Under the pieces are notes generated by a model, which ran no database searches, had not been told where the DNA came from, and saw nothing but the letters and a program-made list of their open reading frames with translations. From Spirochaetia bacterium (GTDB lineage: Bacteria; Spirochaetota; Spirochaetia; DSM-2461): a DNA stretch of 64,000 nucleotides. The translations under genes were made by a program, and so were the position numbers. The DNA is taken from positions 4,224,001 through 4,288,000 of the forward strand of contig OY764216.1 of NCBI GenBank assembly GCA_963668315.1, given 5' to 3'. Positions 10,144 through 20,684 of this stretch are shown in pieces (the stretch's first letter is position 1; each line of letters starts with the position of its first letter).

Positions 10144-11457
10144 TCAGTTCGTCAGCGCTGCGATGGCAGCCCCCAGAAGCGGAGCATCCTCGACACGGAC
10201 AATTTCATAATACCGTTCATCATCTCCGCCCAGGGCCTCCTTCAGGTAGGACTCCACCCGGAACCGGAACCGGCAGTAGGCATAGAAAGTGGTTCCGTCA
10301 ACGGTCAGACAGTAGGGATTAAGGATATTTTTCCCGAAATCCGTTTTCAGCAGAACGGCGGCCATACTGCCTGCGGTCATCTTGGCGGCCCGTTCCAGCA
10401 GGAAGTCGATCAGCCAGTAGAGCTTCTCTTTCTCTTCGGCGGACTCGCCGGCCATGGCCTGAACCAGCCGGTTGCTCCCGTCCTGGGGATTATGCAGGTA
10501 ATTGTCCCCGTCAATGGTGGTCAGCGTTCCCAGAGCGGCGATTTTCCCGGCGGCCGAAGAGGAGAGAAATCCCTCGGAGGCAGCCAGGTCCAGAGTTTCC
10601 TGTACAATAGCGCCGAAGTAGCCGCCGGAGGAGAGTTTCTCCTGGTAATAGTCGCCGGGGCAGGTGGTTTTCTTATCGAGGGACTTGTCGGCTGTACCCC
10701 GGGGAAGCCTGGCGTAACCGCCCGATTCGGTATTGATGATCTGATGGGTCAGACCGCCCTCTTTTCCCTTGATTTTGGGGATATTCTTCGTGTCTTCCAG
10801 GTAGCAGCTGTTTAAGCCCGTTCCCAGGATATAGCCCATGTATCCGTCATAGGTTCTGTCCGGATGAACGGCCATGCCCGTGAGAAGGGTGGCTACCGTA
10901 TCATTGAGGACAATCACCTTCTGATCGCCCCGGCATCCGGCTTTCTTCAAATAGGCCAGGAGATTCTCGGCGATGGATTTGCCCAGGACCTCGGGGGCTT
11001 TGATCTCCTTGGTGAAAACCAGGGGAATGGCGTCGCATTCGGGAGTGATCTCGGCGGGATAGGAGAAGCAGAATCCTATGGCGTCGCTCTCATCGGCGAA
11101 ATCCTTGATCCGCTCGGCAAACACCGTGTAGAACTCATCAAGGGAGACTTCTCTTTCGAAACCGGGCATACGGATCTTGGAGAATTTCTCGATGACCCCT
11201 TTTCCGGAATCATCAAAATGCACCAATGCTGCCCGCAGATTCGTACCGCCCGCGTCCAGGACGACAACCTTCTTGTTCCGCGGAATCTCCGGACGGGCGT
11301 CAATATAGGTGGGAATCATGGCCAGGGAAGAGTTCTCCCCCGCAAGACCCCTGTCCATTTCATCCTGAAAGTCCCTTATATAGTCTTTTAGTTCCATATC
11401 GCCGGCGTACATGCCGTGGCGGCTTAAAAAATCGATGGCAGCTTTTTTCATACCCAT
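10144..11457 (-). CDS. Hexokinase (eukaryote-type hexokinase family)
   Basis: SSLAMIPTY, LDAGGTNLR, GFCFSYP, LNDTVATL, ILGTGLN, INTESG motifs; start 11457 after AGGAG. Confidence 0.88.
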   Translation of the reverse strand: MGMKKAAIDFLSRHGMYAGDMELKDYIRDFQDEMDRGLAGENSSLAMIPTYIDARPEIPRNKKVVVLDAGGTNLRAALVHFDDSGKGVIEKFSKIRMPGFEREVSLDEFYTVFAERIKDFADESDAIGFCFSYPAEITPECDAIPLVFTKEIKAPEVLGKSIAENLLAYLKKAGCRGDQKVIVLNDTVATLLTGMAVHPDRTYDGYMGYILGTGLNSCYLEDTKNIPKIKGKEGGLTHQIINTESGGYARLPRGTADKSLDKKTTCPGDYYQEKLSSGGYFGAIVQETLDLAASEGFLSSSAAGKIAALGTLTTIDGDNYLHNPQDGSNRLVQAMAGESAEEKEKLYWLIDFLLERAAKMTAGSMAAVLLKTDFGKNILNPYCLTVDGTTFYAYCRFRFRVESYLKEALGGDDERYYEIVRVEDAPLLGAAIAALTN

Positions 11458-11527
11458 GGTTATTGCTCCTGGACTTGATGATAAGTATCCCATAAGTCTA
11501 TAGTTAATAGAGGGGGAAGGTCAAGTT

Positions 11528-12007
11528 ATGCAGATCACCATTCTTACCGTTGGTAAGCTAAAGGAAAAATACCTGAGACTGGGTGTGGAAGAGTATGTCA
11601 AACGTCTGGGAGCCTGGGGAAAAATCAATCTCATTGAAGTCGGCGACGAGAAATGTCCCGACCGGGGCAGCGACAGGGAAAAGGAGCTGGTGCTCCAGAA
11701 GGAGGGGGACCGGCTTCTGGCCAAACTTCCCGCCGACGCCTGGCCGGTGACCCTGGAGATCGGAGGCCAGTCTCTTTCCAGCGAAGAACTGGCCAGAAAA
11801 ATGGATGAGCTGCCCCACCGGGGAGTCAGCCACGTGGCCTTCATCATCGGCGGCTCCCTGGGGCTGGATAAAAGGGTGCGGGAGAAAAGCCGGCTGGCCC
11901 TCTCCTTCTCCCGGATGACCTTTCCCCACCAGCTGATGCGCCTGATTCTGGTGGAGCAGATCTACCGGGCCTATACGATAATCCAGGGGTCGCCCTATCA
12001 TAAATAA
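11528..12007 (+). CDS. rlmH: 23S rRNA (pseudouridine-1915-N3)-methyltransferase
   Basis: VGKLKEKY, FIIGGSLGL, SFSRMTFPHQLMRLILVEQIYRA...PYHK. Confidence 0.96.
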   Translation: MQITILTVGKLKEKYLRLGVEEYVKRLGAWGKINLIEVGDEKCPDRGSDREKELVLQKEGDRLLAKLPADAWPVTLEIGGQSLSSEELARKMDELPHRGVSHVAFIIGGSLGLDKRVREKSRLALSFSRMTFPHQLMRLILVEQIYRAYTIIQGSPYHK

Positions 12008-12042
12008 CGGAAGGAATCGGACAGCTGACTCCTCCCCGGGAA

Positions 12043-13209
12043 TCAGGAAAGAGCCTTCTCGATCCTCTTCATGCACTCTTCAACCAGAGGCCGGGGACAG
12101 GCGGCGTTTATTCGGACAAAACCTTCCCCCTCCCTGCCGAACATGGCTCCCATGTCAAAGAGGACATCTCCCTTCTCTATCATCCGGCTCTCCAGTTCCT
12201 CCGGAGAGTATCCGTAGGCCCTCAGATCCAGCCATGCCAGGTAGGTTCCTTCGCTGATTCTGTGCCGGGCCAGGGGAAGCCTCTCCTTCACGTACCGGTC
12301 GATAAAAGCCATGTTTTCATCGAGATAAAGATTTATTTCCTCCACCCAGTCATCGCACCGGGTATAGGCGGCTTCCACGGCGGCTATGGAGAGGGGATTG
12401 AGCAGCGTATAGCCCCTTTCGCGCTCCCAGGCTTTCTGATATTCCGGGTGGGAAATGATGATATGGGAACACTGCATCCCGGCCATATTAAAAGTTTTGC
12501 TGGGGGCGGTACAGGTTATAATGCGGTCTTCTCCGGGAAAGAGATCGGCCAGGACCTGGTGTTTCTTGTCCTTTCTGATCAGATCGAAGTGGATTTCATC
12601 GGACACCAGGATGACATCATTCGCCAGGCATATCTCTCCGACCCGCTTAAGTTCGTCCTTCGTCCAGACACGGCCCACCGGATTATGGGGGCTGCAGAGG
12701 ATCATCATGACATTATTCGCATCCTGCGCCAGAGAGGCCAGATGATCAAAGTCCATGGTGTAGTATCCGTCCGTCTCTATCAGGGGATTATTGGCGATTT
12801 TCCGCCCTTCCCCCTCAATGACCTGACCGAAAGGGTAATAGACGGGATTCTGGATGATGACCCCGTTCCCTTTTCCGGTAAGCTGCCGAACCAGGGTGGA
12901 GATGGCGGGGACAACTCCCGGTGAGATAAAGATATCCTCCCTGGGAACAGACCATGAAAACCGTTTTTCAAACCAGCCGGTAACCGCCTCCCAGTAGGAG
13001 GATGTCTCATAGGAGCTGTAACCGAATATCCGGCGGTCCACCCTCTTGTGGAGGGCCTCAATGACCGGAGGGGGACAGGCAAAATCCATATCGGCCACCC
13101 AGCTGGGAAGAGTCGTCTCTCCGGCCTTGGGTGAAAGCTGTCCCATAAACTCCCATTTGAGGGAATTGGTATTTTTTCTATCGATGATTTCGTCAAATTG
13201 GTACTTCAT
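12043..13209 (-). CDS. MalY/PatB-family PLP-dependent C-S lyase
   Basis: WVADMDF, LCSPHNPVGRVW, SDEIH, APSKTFN, GTYLAWLD. Confidence 0.92.
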   Translation of the reverse strand: MKYQFDEIIDRKNTNSLKWEFMGQLSPKAGETTLPSWVADMDFACPPPVIEALHKRVDRRIFGYSSYETSSYWEAVTGWFEKRFSWSVPREDIFISPGVVPAISTLVRQLTGKGNGVIIQNPVYYPFGQVIEGEGRKIANNPLIETDGYYTMDFDHLASLAQDANNVMMILCSPHNPVGRVWTKDELKRVGEICLANDVILVSDEIHFDLIRKDKKHQVLADLFPGEDRIITCTAPSKTFNMAGMQCSHIIISHPEYQKAWERERGYTLLNPLSIAAVEAAYTRCDDWVEEINLYLDENMAFIDRYVKERLPLARHRISEGTYLAWLDLRAYGYSPEELESRMIEKGDVLFDMGAMFGREGEGFVRINAACPRPLVEECMKRIEKALS

Positions 13210-13237
13210 AACTTTGTCATACCATATAGGCTCTGCC

Positions 13238-13266
13238 TTGACAAGGAAGGGGGGAATGATTATATT
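13238..13266 (+). promoter_or_regulatory. Sigma70-type promoter of the ECF-coaX operon
   Basis: TTGACA (13238-13243), 17 bp, TATATT (13261-13266). Confidence 0.65.
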
Positions 13267-13306
13267 CGAATTATCGCTTGGATTCGATTGAACCGGGACG
13301 AGGCTT

Positions 13307-14977
13307 ATGAACTATATAGATATAAAAGATATAACCTTCGCCTACGACACGGAAAGTACTCCGGTTATAAGGCAGCTGTCACTTACCATACCTCAAGGGG
13401 AATTCACCGTCATAGCCGGCAGTAACGGTTCAGGTAAAAGTACCCTGTTAAGAGTGATAAACGGACTTCTCATACCCCAATCGGGCCGTGTGATCACCGC
13501 CGGATACGATACTTCCCTTAAATCCAATATACGCTCTCTCAGGCAGACGGCAGGAATGGTGTTCCAGGAACCGGAAAACCAGCTGACCGCCACGGTGGTG
13601 GAAGAGGATGCGGCTTTCGGACCGGAAAACCTGGCCTACCCCCGGGAGAAAATGGAGCAGGCGGTGAATGAAGCCCTGGAACTGACCGGTCTTCTCGAGC
13701 TGCGCAAGCGGTCTACGAATGCCCTGAGCGCCGGGCAGCTGCAGAGGCTGGCCCTGGCCGGAGTCCTTGCCATGAATCCCCGCTGCCTCCTCCTCGATGA
13801 GCCGACGAGTATGCTCAATCCCCGGGCCCGCCACCGCTTCATGGAACTTATCCGCCGGCTGAACCGGGAAAGGGGCCTGACGGTCGTCATGGTCTCCCAT
13901 CATCAGCAGGAGATCCTCGCTGCCGACCGGCTCATAATTATGGACCGGGGAGGAGTGGCCAGGGACGGAAAGCCCGATCTGCTCTTCAGGGACAGGGACC
14001 TGGAATCCTGGGGTCTCGTGCCTCCCATCGCCCTGGAGGCCTCGGAAAAGCTTCATGCCGCCTTCCCCTCCTTTCCCGCCGTCACGGAAGAATCCCAGCT
14101 CTGTTCTGCCCTGAGAGATGCAGGGGAAGGGGCGATCTCCCTCCTTAAGAAGGAATATCCCCTTTTCCGCAGCCGGTCCTTTATGGAGGCCGACAGGGAC
14201 GAGCCCGTCCGGGTGATAAACCTGACCCATGACTATCTTAAGGGAACCCTGCTTCGGCACAGAGCCCTTGATGACATAAGCTTTACGTTGAGAGGCGGGG
14301 AAACGGCCTGCCTGATCGGTACGACCGGATCGGGAAAATCCACCCTTCTACAGCATCTGAACGGTCTGCTTCTGGCCGATGAAGGAGAAGTCCGCCTGAT
14401 GGGTCTCGAACCTCTGGGGCGGCATACCCGGGAGAAGGATGTGATATCCCTCCGCCGGCAGATCGGCCTGGTTATGCAGAGACCGGAAAAACAGCTCTTC
14501 GAACGCTATGTGGGTGACGATGTGGCCTATGGTCCCCGCCAGCAGGGAGTCACGGGTAAAACCCTGGCCCGCCGGGTAAAGCAGGCCATGGATACGGTGG
14601 GCCTTCCCTTCGCGGAGTTCAAGGACAGACCGGTCTATGCCCTATCGGGAGGGGAAAAAAGAAAAGCCGCCCTGGCAGGAGTTCTGGCCATGGAACCGAG
14701 GGTTCTCCTTCTGGACGAACCCTCTGCCGGTCTTGATCCCCGTTCCCGCGGAGAGCTGCACCGTATACTGGCGGGACTGCAGAAAAAAGGGATTTCCCTG
14801 GTTATCGCTACCCATGATATGGATGAAGCCGCCCTTCTGGGGCACCAGATACTCCTGATGGACAAGGGCCGAATCGTCTTATCCGGCTCTCCCGGTCAGG
14901 TCTTCTCACAGGGAGAGGAACTGCGGAACCGGGGCCTCGAGGCCCCCTTTATCAAGCGCATTGAGGAGGGACTGTGA
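13307..14977 (+). CDS. ECF transporter ATPase, fused EcfA-EcfA'
   Basis: Two ABC domains: GSNGSGKST/LSAGQLQR/LLLDEPT and GTTGSGKST/LSGGEKRK/LLLDEPS. Confidence 0.92.
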   Translation: MNYIDIKDITFAYDTESTPVIRQLSLTIPQGEFTVIAGSNGSGKSTLLRVINGLLIPQSGRVITAGYDTSLKSNIRSLRQTAGMVFQEPENQLTATVVEEDAAFGPENLAYPREKMEQAVNEALELTGLLELRKRSTNALSAGQLQRLALAGVLAMNPRCLLLDEPTSMLNPRARHRFMELIRRLNRERGLTVVMVSHHQQEILAADRLIIMDRGGVARDGKPDLLFRDRDLESWGLVPPIALEASEKLHAAFPSFPAVTEESQLCSALRDAGEGAISLLKKEYPLFRSRSFMEADRDEPVRVINLTHDYLKGTLLRHRALDDISFTLRGGETACLIGTTGSGKSTLLQHLNGLLLADEGEVRLMGLEPLGRHTREKDVISLRRQIGLVMQRPEKQLFERYVGDDVAYGPRQQGVTGKTLARRVKQAMDTVGLPFAEFKDRPVYALSGGEKRKAALAGVLAMEPRVLLLDEPSAGLDPRSRGELHRILAGLQKKGISLVIATHDMDEAALLGHQILLMDKGRIVLSGSPGQVFSQGEELRNRGLEAPFIKRIEEGL

Positions 14978-15822
14978 AAGAACTGGATTTCGGCCAGAAA
15001 GCGTCTCTGGGACAGTTTCTTCCCGGTGATTCCCCCCTGCACAAACTCACCCCCCAGATAAAACTGGCCGGGGTCATGGTGCTGACGGTGGGCCTACTTT
15101 TCACATCTGCCTTACTGGGTTCGCTCTTCGGCCTGATCATGGTCATGATGCTCGGGGAAACGGGGAAAATTCCGGTCAGGTTCCTTTTCCGCAATATCAA
15201 GCCCATCCTTCCCTTTCTCCTCATTATTGCGGTCATGCAGCTCTTCTTCACCACCGCCGGAGACGGGGAGATCATCGCACAGTGGAAAAGGTTCACCCTG
15301 ACCCGGGCCGGACTCTTCAACGGCCTTTCCGTATTTCTGCGATTTTTCGCCCTCATGGGCCTTCTGACCCTTTTTACGGCGGTCACGCCCTCCCGGGAAA
15401 TAGGCCACGGCACGGAGAATCTCACCGCTCCCCTGGCGAAAATCGGCTTTCCCGCCCACGCCTTCTCCCTGATCATCACCATTACCTTCCGCTTTATCCC
15501 CATTCTTACGGGAGAAGCGGAAAACCTGATGAAAGCCCAGGCCTCCCGGGGCGCCCTGATCGGCATGGGCCGGAATCCGGTTAAAAGAATTCTGTCTTAC
15601 CTCCCCCTGCTGGTTCCTCTCTTTATATCTTCACTCCAGAGGGCTGAACAGCTGGCCGAAGCCATGGAAGCCCGCGGTTTCCAGCAGGGAGAAAAGCGTA
15701 CCCGCTATATCAGCTATCACTACTCTTTCAGGGATGTAATCGCCCTGATCGTCATCTGTCTTCTATCCGCAGGACTTTTTCTCTTCCGTCTGGGAAACTG
15801 GGAAAGTCTGCTCACGTTCTAA
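14974..15822 (+). CDS. ecfT: ECF transporter transmembrane component T
   Basis: GDSPLHKL, RFIPIL, AQASRG and AMEARG coupling motifs. Confidence 0.92.
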   Translation: MKELDFGQKASLGQFLPGDSPLHKLTPQIKLAGVMVLTVGLLFTSALLGSLFGLIMVMMLGETGKIPVRFLFRNIKPILPFLLIIAVMQLFFTTAGDGEIIAQWKRFTLTRAGLFNGLSVFLRFFALMGLLTLFTAVTPSREIGHGTENLTAPLAKIGFPAHAFSLIITITFRFIPILTGEAENLMKAQASRGALIGMGRNPVKRILSYLPLLVPLFISSLQRAEQLAEAMEARGFQQGEKRTRYISYHYSFRDVIALIVICLLSAGLFLFRLGNWESLLTF

Positions 15823-15834
15823 AAGGAGTTTTTT

Positions 15835-16446
15835 ATGAACGAAGGATTAAGTATCAAGAAAATCACCGTTGCCGGCGTCCTTTCCGCCGTTGCAGTCGTA
15901 CTGGGCATAACCCCCTTCGGACTGATTCCCTGGTTCTCCGGGGCGTCCATTACCATCATGCACGTGCCGGTCATTATCGCCGCCATACTGGAGGGTCCCC
16001 TTGTCGGCATGATCGTGGGACTGATATTCGGCGTTTCCAGCCTGATCAAGGCGGCCGTACAGCCCATGGGCATCCTGGATCCCTATTTTGTCAACCCTCT
16101 GATCTCCGTTCTGCCCCGGGTGCTTATCGGCCTGACGACTTATCTGGTCTACCGGGGACTGAAGAGATGGGAAATTCCCGCCATAATCGCCGCGGCCCTC
16201 ATGGGGAGCCTGACCAATACGGTTCTGGTCATCGGCTCTTTGGGACTCTTCTCTCAAATCAACTGGGAAGAGATGATGGGCATGAGCTTCGGGCCCCTCT
16301 TCGGCGCGATCTTCCTGGCGAACGGCATACCCGAAGCCATAGGGGCAACCCTGATAACCATAGCGGTCGTTACCGCCTGGAAGCGGATAGACCGGGGAGC
16401 GAATAAATCCTCCCTGGAAGATCTTGGTGAGGAGGATTCGGAATAA
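15835..16446 (+). CDS. panT: ECF S component, PanT-like (pantothenate)
   Basis: TPFGLIP...TIMHVPVIIAAILEGP...SVLPRVLIG...GSLTNTVLV...NGIPEA; directly upstream of coaX. Confidence 0.8.
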   Translation: MNEGLSIKKITVAGVLSAVAVVLGITPFGLIPWFSGASITIMHVPVIIAAILEGPLVGMIVGLIFGVSSLIKAAVQPMGILDPYFVNPLISVLPRVLIGLTTYLVYRGLKRWEIPAIIAAALMGSLTNTVLVIGSLGLFSQINWEEMMGMSFGPLFGAIFLANGIPEAIGATLITIAVVTAWKRIDRGANKSSLEDLGEEDSE

Positions 16447-17207
16447 TGCTCTTAGCCATAGATGTGGGAAATACCAATATCGTCTTCGGTGTACACGACG
16501 GTGATTCCTGGGTCAGCCACTGGCGCATAGCCACGGTGCACTCCAAAATGCCCGATGAATACGGCGTGCTCTTCAGGGACATGCTGCGCGACGGGGGCAT
16601 TGATAAAAACCTTCTGGACAAGGCGATTATCTCCAGCGTGGTTCCCGTATTGACAGGAAAGATCCGGGAAATGGTGACCTCCCTCATAGGAAAGCCCCCC
16701 CTGGTTGTGGGGCCCGGAGTCAAAACGGGACTGAAAATCCGCATAGGCAATCCCTCCGAGCTGGGAACGGATATCGTCTGCAACTGCGTGGCCGCCTACG
16801 AAAAGGTGAAGGACAGCTGCATCGTGGTTGACTTCGGAACAGCCCTGACATTTTCCGCCGTGGCGGCGGGCGGGGAGATCCGGGGCGTGGCCATAGCCCC
16901 CGGGCTGCAGTCAGCGGCGGGCGCCCTTTCCCTGAACACGGCCCAGCTTCCCCAGGTATGGCTGGAAGCGCCGGAAAAGGCGATAGGAACCAATACTACC
17001 GCCAGTATCCAGTCGGGAGTGATCTTCGGCTATACGGGTCTTGTGGAGAAGCTGATTGACAAAATGAGCGCCGAGCTGGACGGTGTGAAAGCGGTGATCG
17101 GGACCGGAGGCCTGTCCGGCGTCATAGCCCCCCTGACCGATCGTTTCACGTTCAGGGAACCCTGGCTGATTCTTGACGGCCTGCGGCTGATCGCGGAAAA
17201 GAACTGA
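16446..17207 (+). CDS. coaX: Type III pantothenate kinase
   Basis: LLAIDVGNTN, SSVVP, ELGTD, VVDFGTA, IAPG, GTNT, IGTGG. Confidence 0.95.
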   Translation: MLLAIDVGNTNIVFGVHDGDSWVSHWRIATVHSKMPDEYGVLFRDMLRDGGIDKNLLDKAIISSVVPVLTGKIREMVTSLIGKPPLVVGPGVKTGLKIRIGNPSELGTDIVCNCVAAYEKVKDSCIVVDFGTALTFSAVAAGGEIRGVAIAPGLQSAAGALSLNTAQLPQVWLEAPEKAIGTNTTASIQSGVIFGYTGLVEKLIDKMSAELDGVKAVIGTGGLSGVIAPLTDRFTFREPWLILDGLRLIAEKN

Positions 17208-17283
17208 ACCTCCGGCCAGTTCTCTGACTCTTAGAATCATTCTCTCCCTATTCCTTGGAAACGACCGGCGATATAATGGGAGA

Positions 17284-18147
17284 ATGAATCTGAAAATCAT
17301 AGAAGAATCGGCCTTAACCCCCGAACATATTCAAGACATTTATGAGCTCTATATCGTCTGCAACAGGCATGACCGGACCGCTTACACCTTTGATGATGAG
17401 GATGATTTCAGGGAAGAGGGGGATATCAATACCTTTCTGCTTTACGAGGATGACCGGCTTGCATCTTCTCTGACCATCTTTTCACCGACGAAAAAAGAGG
17501 CGGAAGTGACGGCCCTTACCTCTCCGGATAAAAGGAAGAAGGGATACTTCAGTTCGCTTCTTCATCGTGCGCGAAAGGAGATAGAAAGAAGGAATATTCA
17601 ATCGATTCTCTTTGTCTGCGATGCACATTCGAAAGACGGGACCGAAGTGCTTTCCCGCATTAAAGCCCGCTATGAATATTCGGAGTTCCTGATGATATAC
17701 AGGCAAGAGGGAAAAAGGGATTTCGGGAAGAGAGAGGAGATCAGGATTTCCCCGGCGGAAACAGCCGACAAGGAGCGATTGGTCGAAATCAACCGGCTTG
17801 CCTTTGACAATGGGAAAGATGAGTCCCGGGAAATTCTGGAAGAGTCCTATCACAGCTCAAAAAGGGTATTGTACAGCATCATTTTCGGAAACGACGTTAT
17901 CGGCATGATCGGTGTTTACGATGAATCGGCAAGAAAATATATCTACGGCTTCTGCATCGATTCGGAGCATAGGGGCCGGGGAATAGGAAAATACGTTCTA
18001 TATGAGACAGTGAAAAGGCTGGAAAATGAGGGCAAAGAGATAGTTCTGGAAGTTCAGACCGATAATAGAAATGCACTGAGCGCCTATGAGGCCGTGGGTT
18101 TTGCCATAGAGGCGGAGTTCAGATACTGCCGGGAAGCGAACTCCTAA
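17284..18147 (+). CDS. Tandem GNAT-family N-acetyltransferase
   Basis: Two acetyl-CoA-binding motifs PDKRKKGYF and SEHRGRGIG; LEVQTDNRNALSAYEAVGF. Confidence 0.85.
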   Translation: MNLKIIEESALTPEHIQDIYELYIVCNRHDRTAYTFDDEDDFREEGDINTFLLYEDDRLASSLTIFSPTKKEAEVTALTSPDKRKKGYFSSLLHRARKEIERRNIQSILFVCDAHSKDGTEVLSRIKARYEYSEFLMIYRQEGKRDFGKREEIRISPAETADKERLVEINRLAFDNGKDESREILEESYHSSKRVLYSIIFGNDVIGMIGVYDESARKYIYGFCIDSEHRGRGIGKYVLYETVKRLENEGKEIVLEVQTDNRNALSAYEAVGFAIEAEFRYCREANS

Positions 18148-18204
18148 AAAGATCCCCCGCTGATTTTTCTTTACTTCCCCCTTCATCGGGCTTATGCTTA
18201 AATC

Positions 18205-19392
18205 ATGAAAGTATTAATTGCCGATAAGTTATCAGAAAAAGCCGTGGCGGATCTTGAGTCCCTGGGGGCGAAAGTCACTTATAAGCCGGAACTGACAGCG
18301 GAGGACCTGCCCGACAAGGTGGGGGGGCATGAGATACTCATCGTCCGTTCCACCAAAGTTACCTCTCAAACCATAGATGCGGGAGGGGAATTGGCATTAA
18401 TCATCAGGGCGGGAGCGGGTGTGAATACGATAGACCTGCTGGAGGCTTCCGCACGGGGAATCCATGTGGCCAACTGTCCGGGCAAAAATTCCGACGCGGT
18501 GGCGGAACTGGCCATCGGTCTTATGATTGCCGCGGACCGGCGGATTGCGGACGGCACGGAAGATCTGCGCCGGGGCGTCTGGAATAAGAAATTATACGGA
18601 CAGGCCCAGGGGCTCAAAGGCCGTACTTTCTCGATCATCGGCATGGGTTCCATCGGCAAAAAAGTCGCACTGATCGCCCGGGCCATGGGAATGGATGTGG
18701 CCGCCTGGTCCCGAAGCCTCACACCGGAAAAGGCGATGGAACTGAATGTGGAATACTGCTCCACCCCCCTGGAGGCCGCAGCCATAGCCGATGTGCTGAC
18801 CGTCCACCTGGCCGCCGGCAAGGATACGAAACACTTCATCAACGAGAAAACCTTCAACGCCATGAAGGAAGGGGCGATTTTCATCAATACATCCCGGGGA
18901 GAAGTCGTTAATACGGACGCCCTGAAGAAAGCCGTGAAAAGCAAAAATATCAAGGCCGCCCTGGATGTCTATGAGGACGAACCGGCTTCGGGGGATAAAA
19001 GATTCCCCCATGAAGAACTGGCCTCTCTCATCACGGGAACCCATCACATCGGAGCTTCGACCGAACAGGCTTCCGAAGCGATTGCCGGCGAAGTGGTGAA
19101 TATCGTCAAAGCCTTCAAAGAGACGGGAAAGCCTTTGAATCTGGTCAACCACCAGGATAAAAGCTCTGCCAGCTTCAATCTCGTCGTACGCCACTACAAT
19201 AAAATTGGCGTACTGGCCGCCGTTCTTGATGAGCTGCGAAGGGCCCAGATTAACGTGGAGGAGATGGAAAACAGTATATTCTCAGGGGGAAAGGCGGCGG
19301 TCTGCACCCTGAAGCTGGACAGTCCCCCGACGGAAACGATTATTGAAAAGATTAACCAGGGAGAATTCATTATCAAGGCGACATTGAAGTAA
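18205..19392 (+). CDS. serA: D-3-phosphoglycerate dehydrogenase-like 2-hydroxyacid dehydrogenase with C-terminal ACT domain
   Basis: IVRSTKV, IRAGAGVNTID, IGMGSIG, INTSRG, LDVYEDEP, HIGASTEQA, ACT HYNKIGVLA. Confidence 0.8.
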   Translation: MKVLIADKLSEKAVADLESLGAKVTYKPELTAEDLPDKVGGHEILIVRSTKVTSQTIDAGGELALIIRAGAGVNTIDLLEASARGIHVANCPGKNSDAVAELAIGLMIAADRRIADGTEDLRRGVWNKKLYGQAQGLKGRTFSIIGMGSIGKKVALIARAMGMDVAAWSRSLTPEKAMELNVEYCSTPLEAAAIADVLTVHLAAGKDTKHFINEKTFNAMKEGAIFINTSRGEVVNTDALKKAVKSKNIKAALDVYEDEPASGDKRFPHEELASLITGTHHIGASTEQASEAIAGEVVNIVKAFKETGKPLNLVNHQDKSSASFNLVVRHYNKIGVLAAVLDELRRAQINVEEMENSIFSGGKAAVCTLKLDSPPTETIIEKINQGEFIIKATLK

Positions 19393-19419
19393 TTTCCCCG
19401 GGAAGACCGATCTGAGGCG

Positions 19420-20448
19420 CTAATAGTAAGTAATGTCCCGTTTCCAGAGAAGAGGCTCTTCGCCGGGATGGTTCAGTTCATCCCGGTAGCTGAGTTCCAC
19501 CCAGTTATCATTATCGTCATAAGCGAGGGACCAGGACTCCTTCCTAAAGGGTTCCGTCACTTTGGTAATCCGGTCCTCCCCGTCGTATTCGTAGTGCTGC
19601 TCTTCCGTAAGAATTAGCCCGTCCGGACCGTTCCAGTTGTAGTTTCTGAGCCGTATAAGCCGATTTTGACCGTCATAGTCCTTAATGCTCTGAAAAACCG
19701 GCGTATCCAGGGGAGCCGTGGACACCATGGTTTCCGTAACCGGATGGTCCAGCACATATTTGGTAAAGGTAATGCGGTTTTCCCCGTAGGAATAATCGCC
19801 CCGCTCATAGAGCTGCCTGTTCAGATCGGTCTGGATAAGAGTCGCCAAGCGGCCTTCCCCGTCATACAGATACCGCTCTTCCCAGTAAATTTTCCCCTCC
19901 CGGGTCCCCCGCTTCGCCGTCAGTTTTCCCTCGCTGTTGAAACTGATGCCCACATCAAGATCCATGAGGGAATCGCTCTCATGGATCAAGCGGCCTTCCC
20001 CGTCATAATAGCGGTAGACGGATTTCACCGGACGGCTCTGTACGGTTTCGAAACGTGTCTCCGCCAGGGAGGGATCGTCCCCTTCTCGCAATGTGTACCA
20101 GTGCTCATATCCGGCAAGCCGACGAAGAGGCGGGCGCCCGTCGGGTGTGATGAAATAGGTTACCCAGACCGTTCTCTCCCGGCCTTCCCCGTCCTTCTCG
20201 TACCGGAATTCATGACGGCGGTACTCCTGCCCCATGTTATAATACCATTGAGTAACCGGACGCTGCTGCTCATCGTAATCAGCATTAACCAGCCAGGGCT
20301 CATCAACAGTCCCGGCGGGAATGGGGCGAAGGAGTATCTTGTAAGTGCGTACCGATTCTACAGGACCCTTGAGTTGATCGGGAGGGGTATAGGCGCTAAG
20401 CGGAATGAGGCTGATAAGAAACAGGAAGGCTATGGGGAGTCTTGCCAT
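19420..20448 (-). CDS. Exported protein with YD-like repeats (YDxxG/xR)
   Basis: Signal peptide MARLPIAFLFLISLIPLSA; LKGPVESV, repeated YDGEGRL/YDGQNRL/YDGEDRI, ends KRDITYY. Confidence 0.7.
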   Translation of the reverse strand: MARLPIAFLFLISLIPLSAYTPPDQLKGPVESVRTYKILLRPIPAGTVDEPWLVNADYDEQQRPVTQWYYNMGQEYRRHEFRYEKDGEGRERTVWVTYFITPDGRPPLRRLAGYEHWYTLREGDDPSLAETRFETVQSRPVKSVYRYYDGEGRLIHESDSLMDLDVGISFNSEGKLTAKRGTREGKIYWEERYLYDGEGRLATLIQTDLNRQLYERGDYSYGENRITFTKYVLDHPVTETMVSTAPLDTPVFQSIKDYDGQNRLIRLRNYNWNGPDGLILTEEQHYEYDGEDRITKVTEPFRKESWSLAYDDNDNWVELSYRDELNHPGEEPLLWKRDITYY

Positions 20449-20684
20449 AGTGTCTATTGTAGCAGGAAATTCTGTTTTTAACAGGGATGCCCGCGGACGG
20501 ACACGGACTTTTTTCATGACAAAAACGCTTCTAGATTAATCTTGCGTTTTTCAAATTAACAAGATAGCCTCCTTTTTTAAAATGATTTTTCATGGCAATT
20601 TGTTACCGCAAAGGAGAAAAAAAGACTTTCTGAACAGCGGTTTCGCTTGTTTATAAGGGGCGGTTTGTCTATTATAATGCAGAT

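Noticed and set aside
11985..12045. 3' end of rlmH (orfX), the SCCmec-type integration site
   Set aside because: No cassette, recombinase or repeated att sequence follows; the next gene is a housekeeping lyase 35 bp away
19420..20448. YD repeats as an Rhs/polymorphic toxin
   Set aside because: Too short, has a signal peptide, lacks the Rhs core DPxG motif, toxin tip and immunity gene
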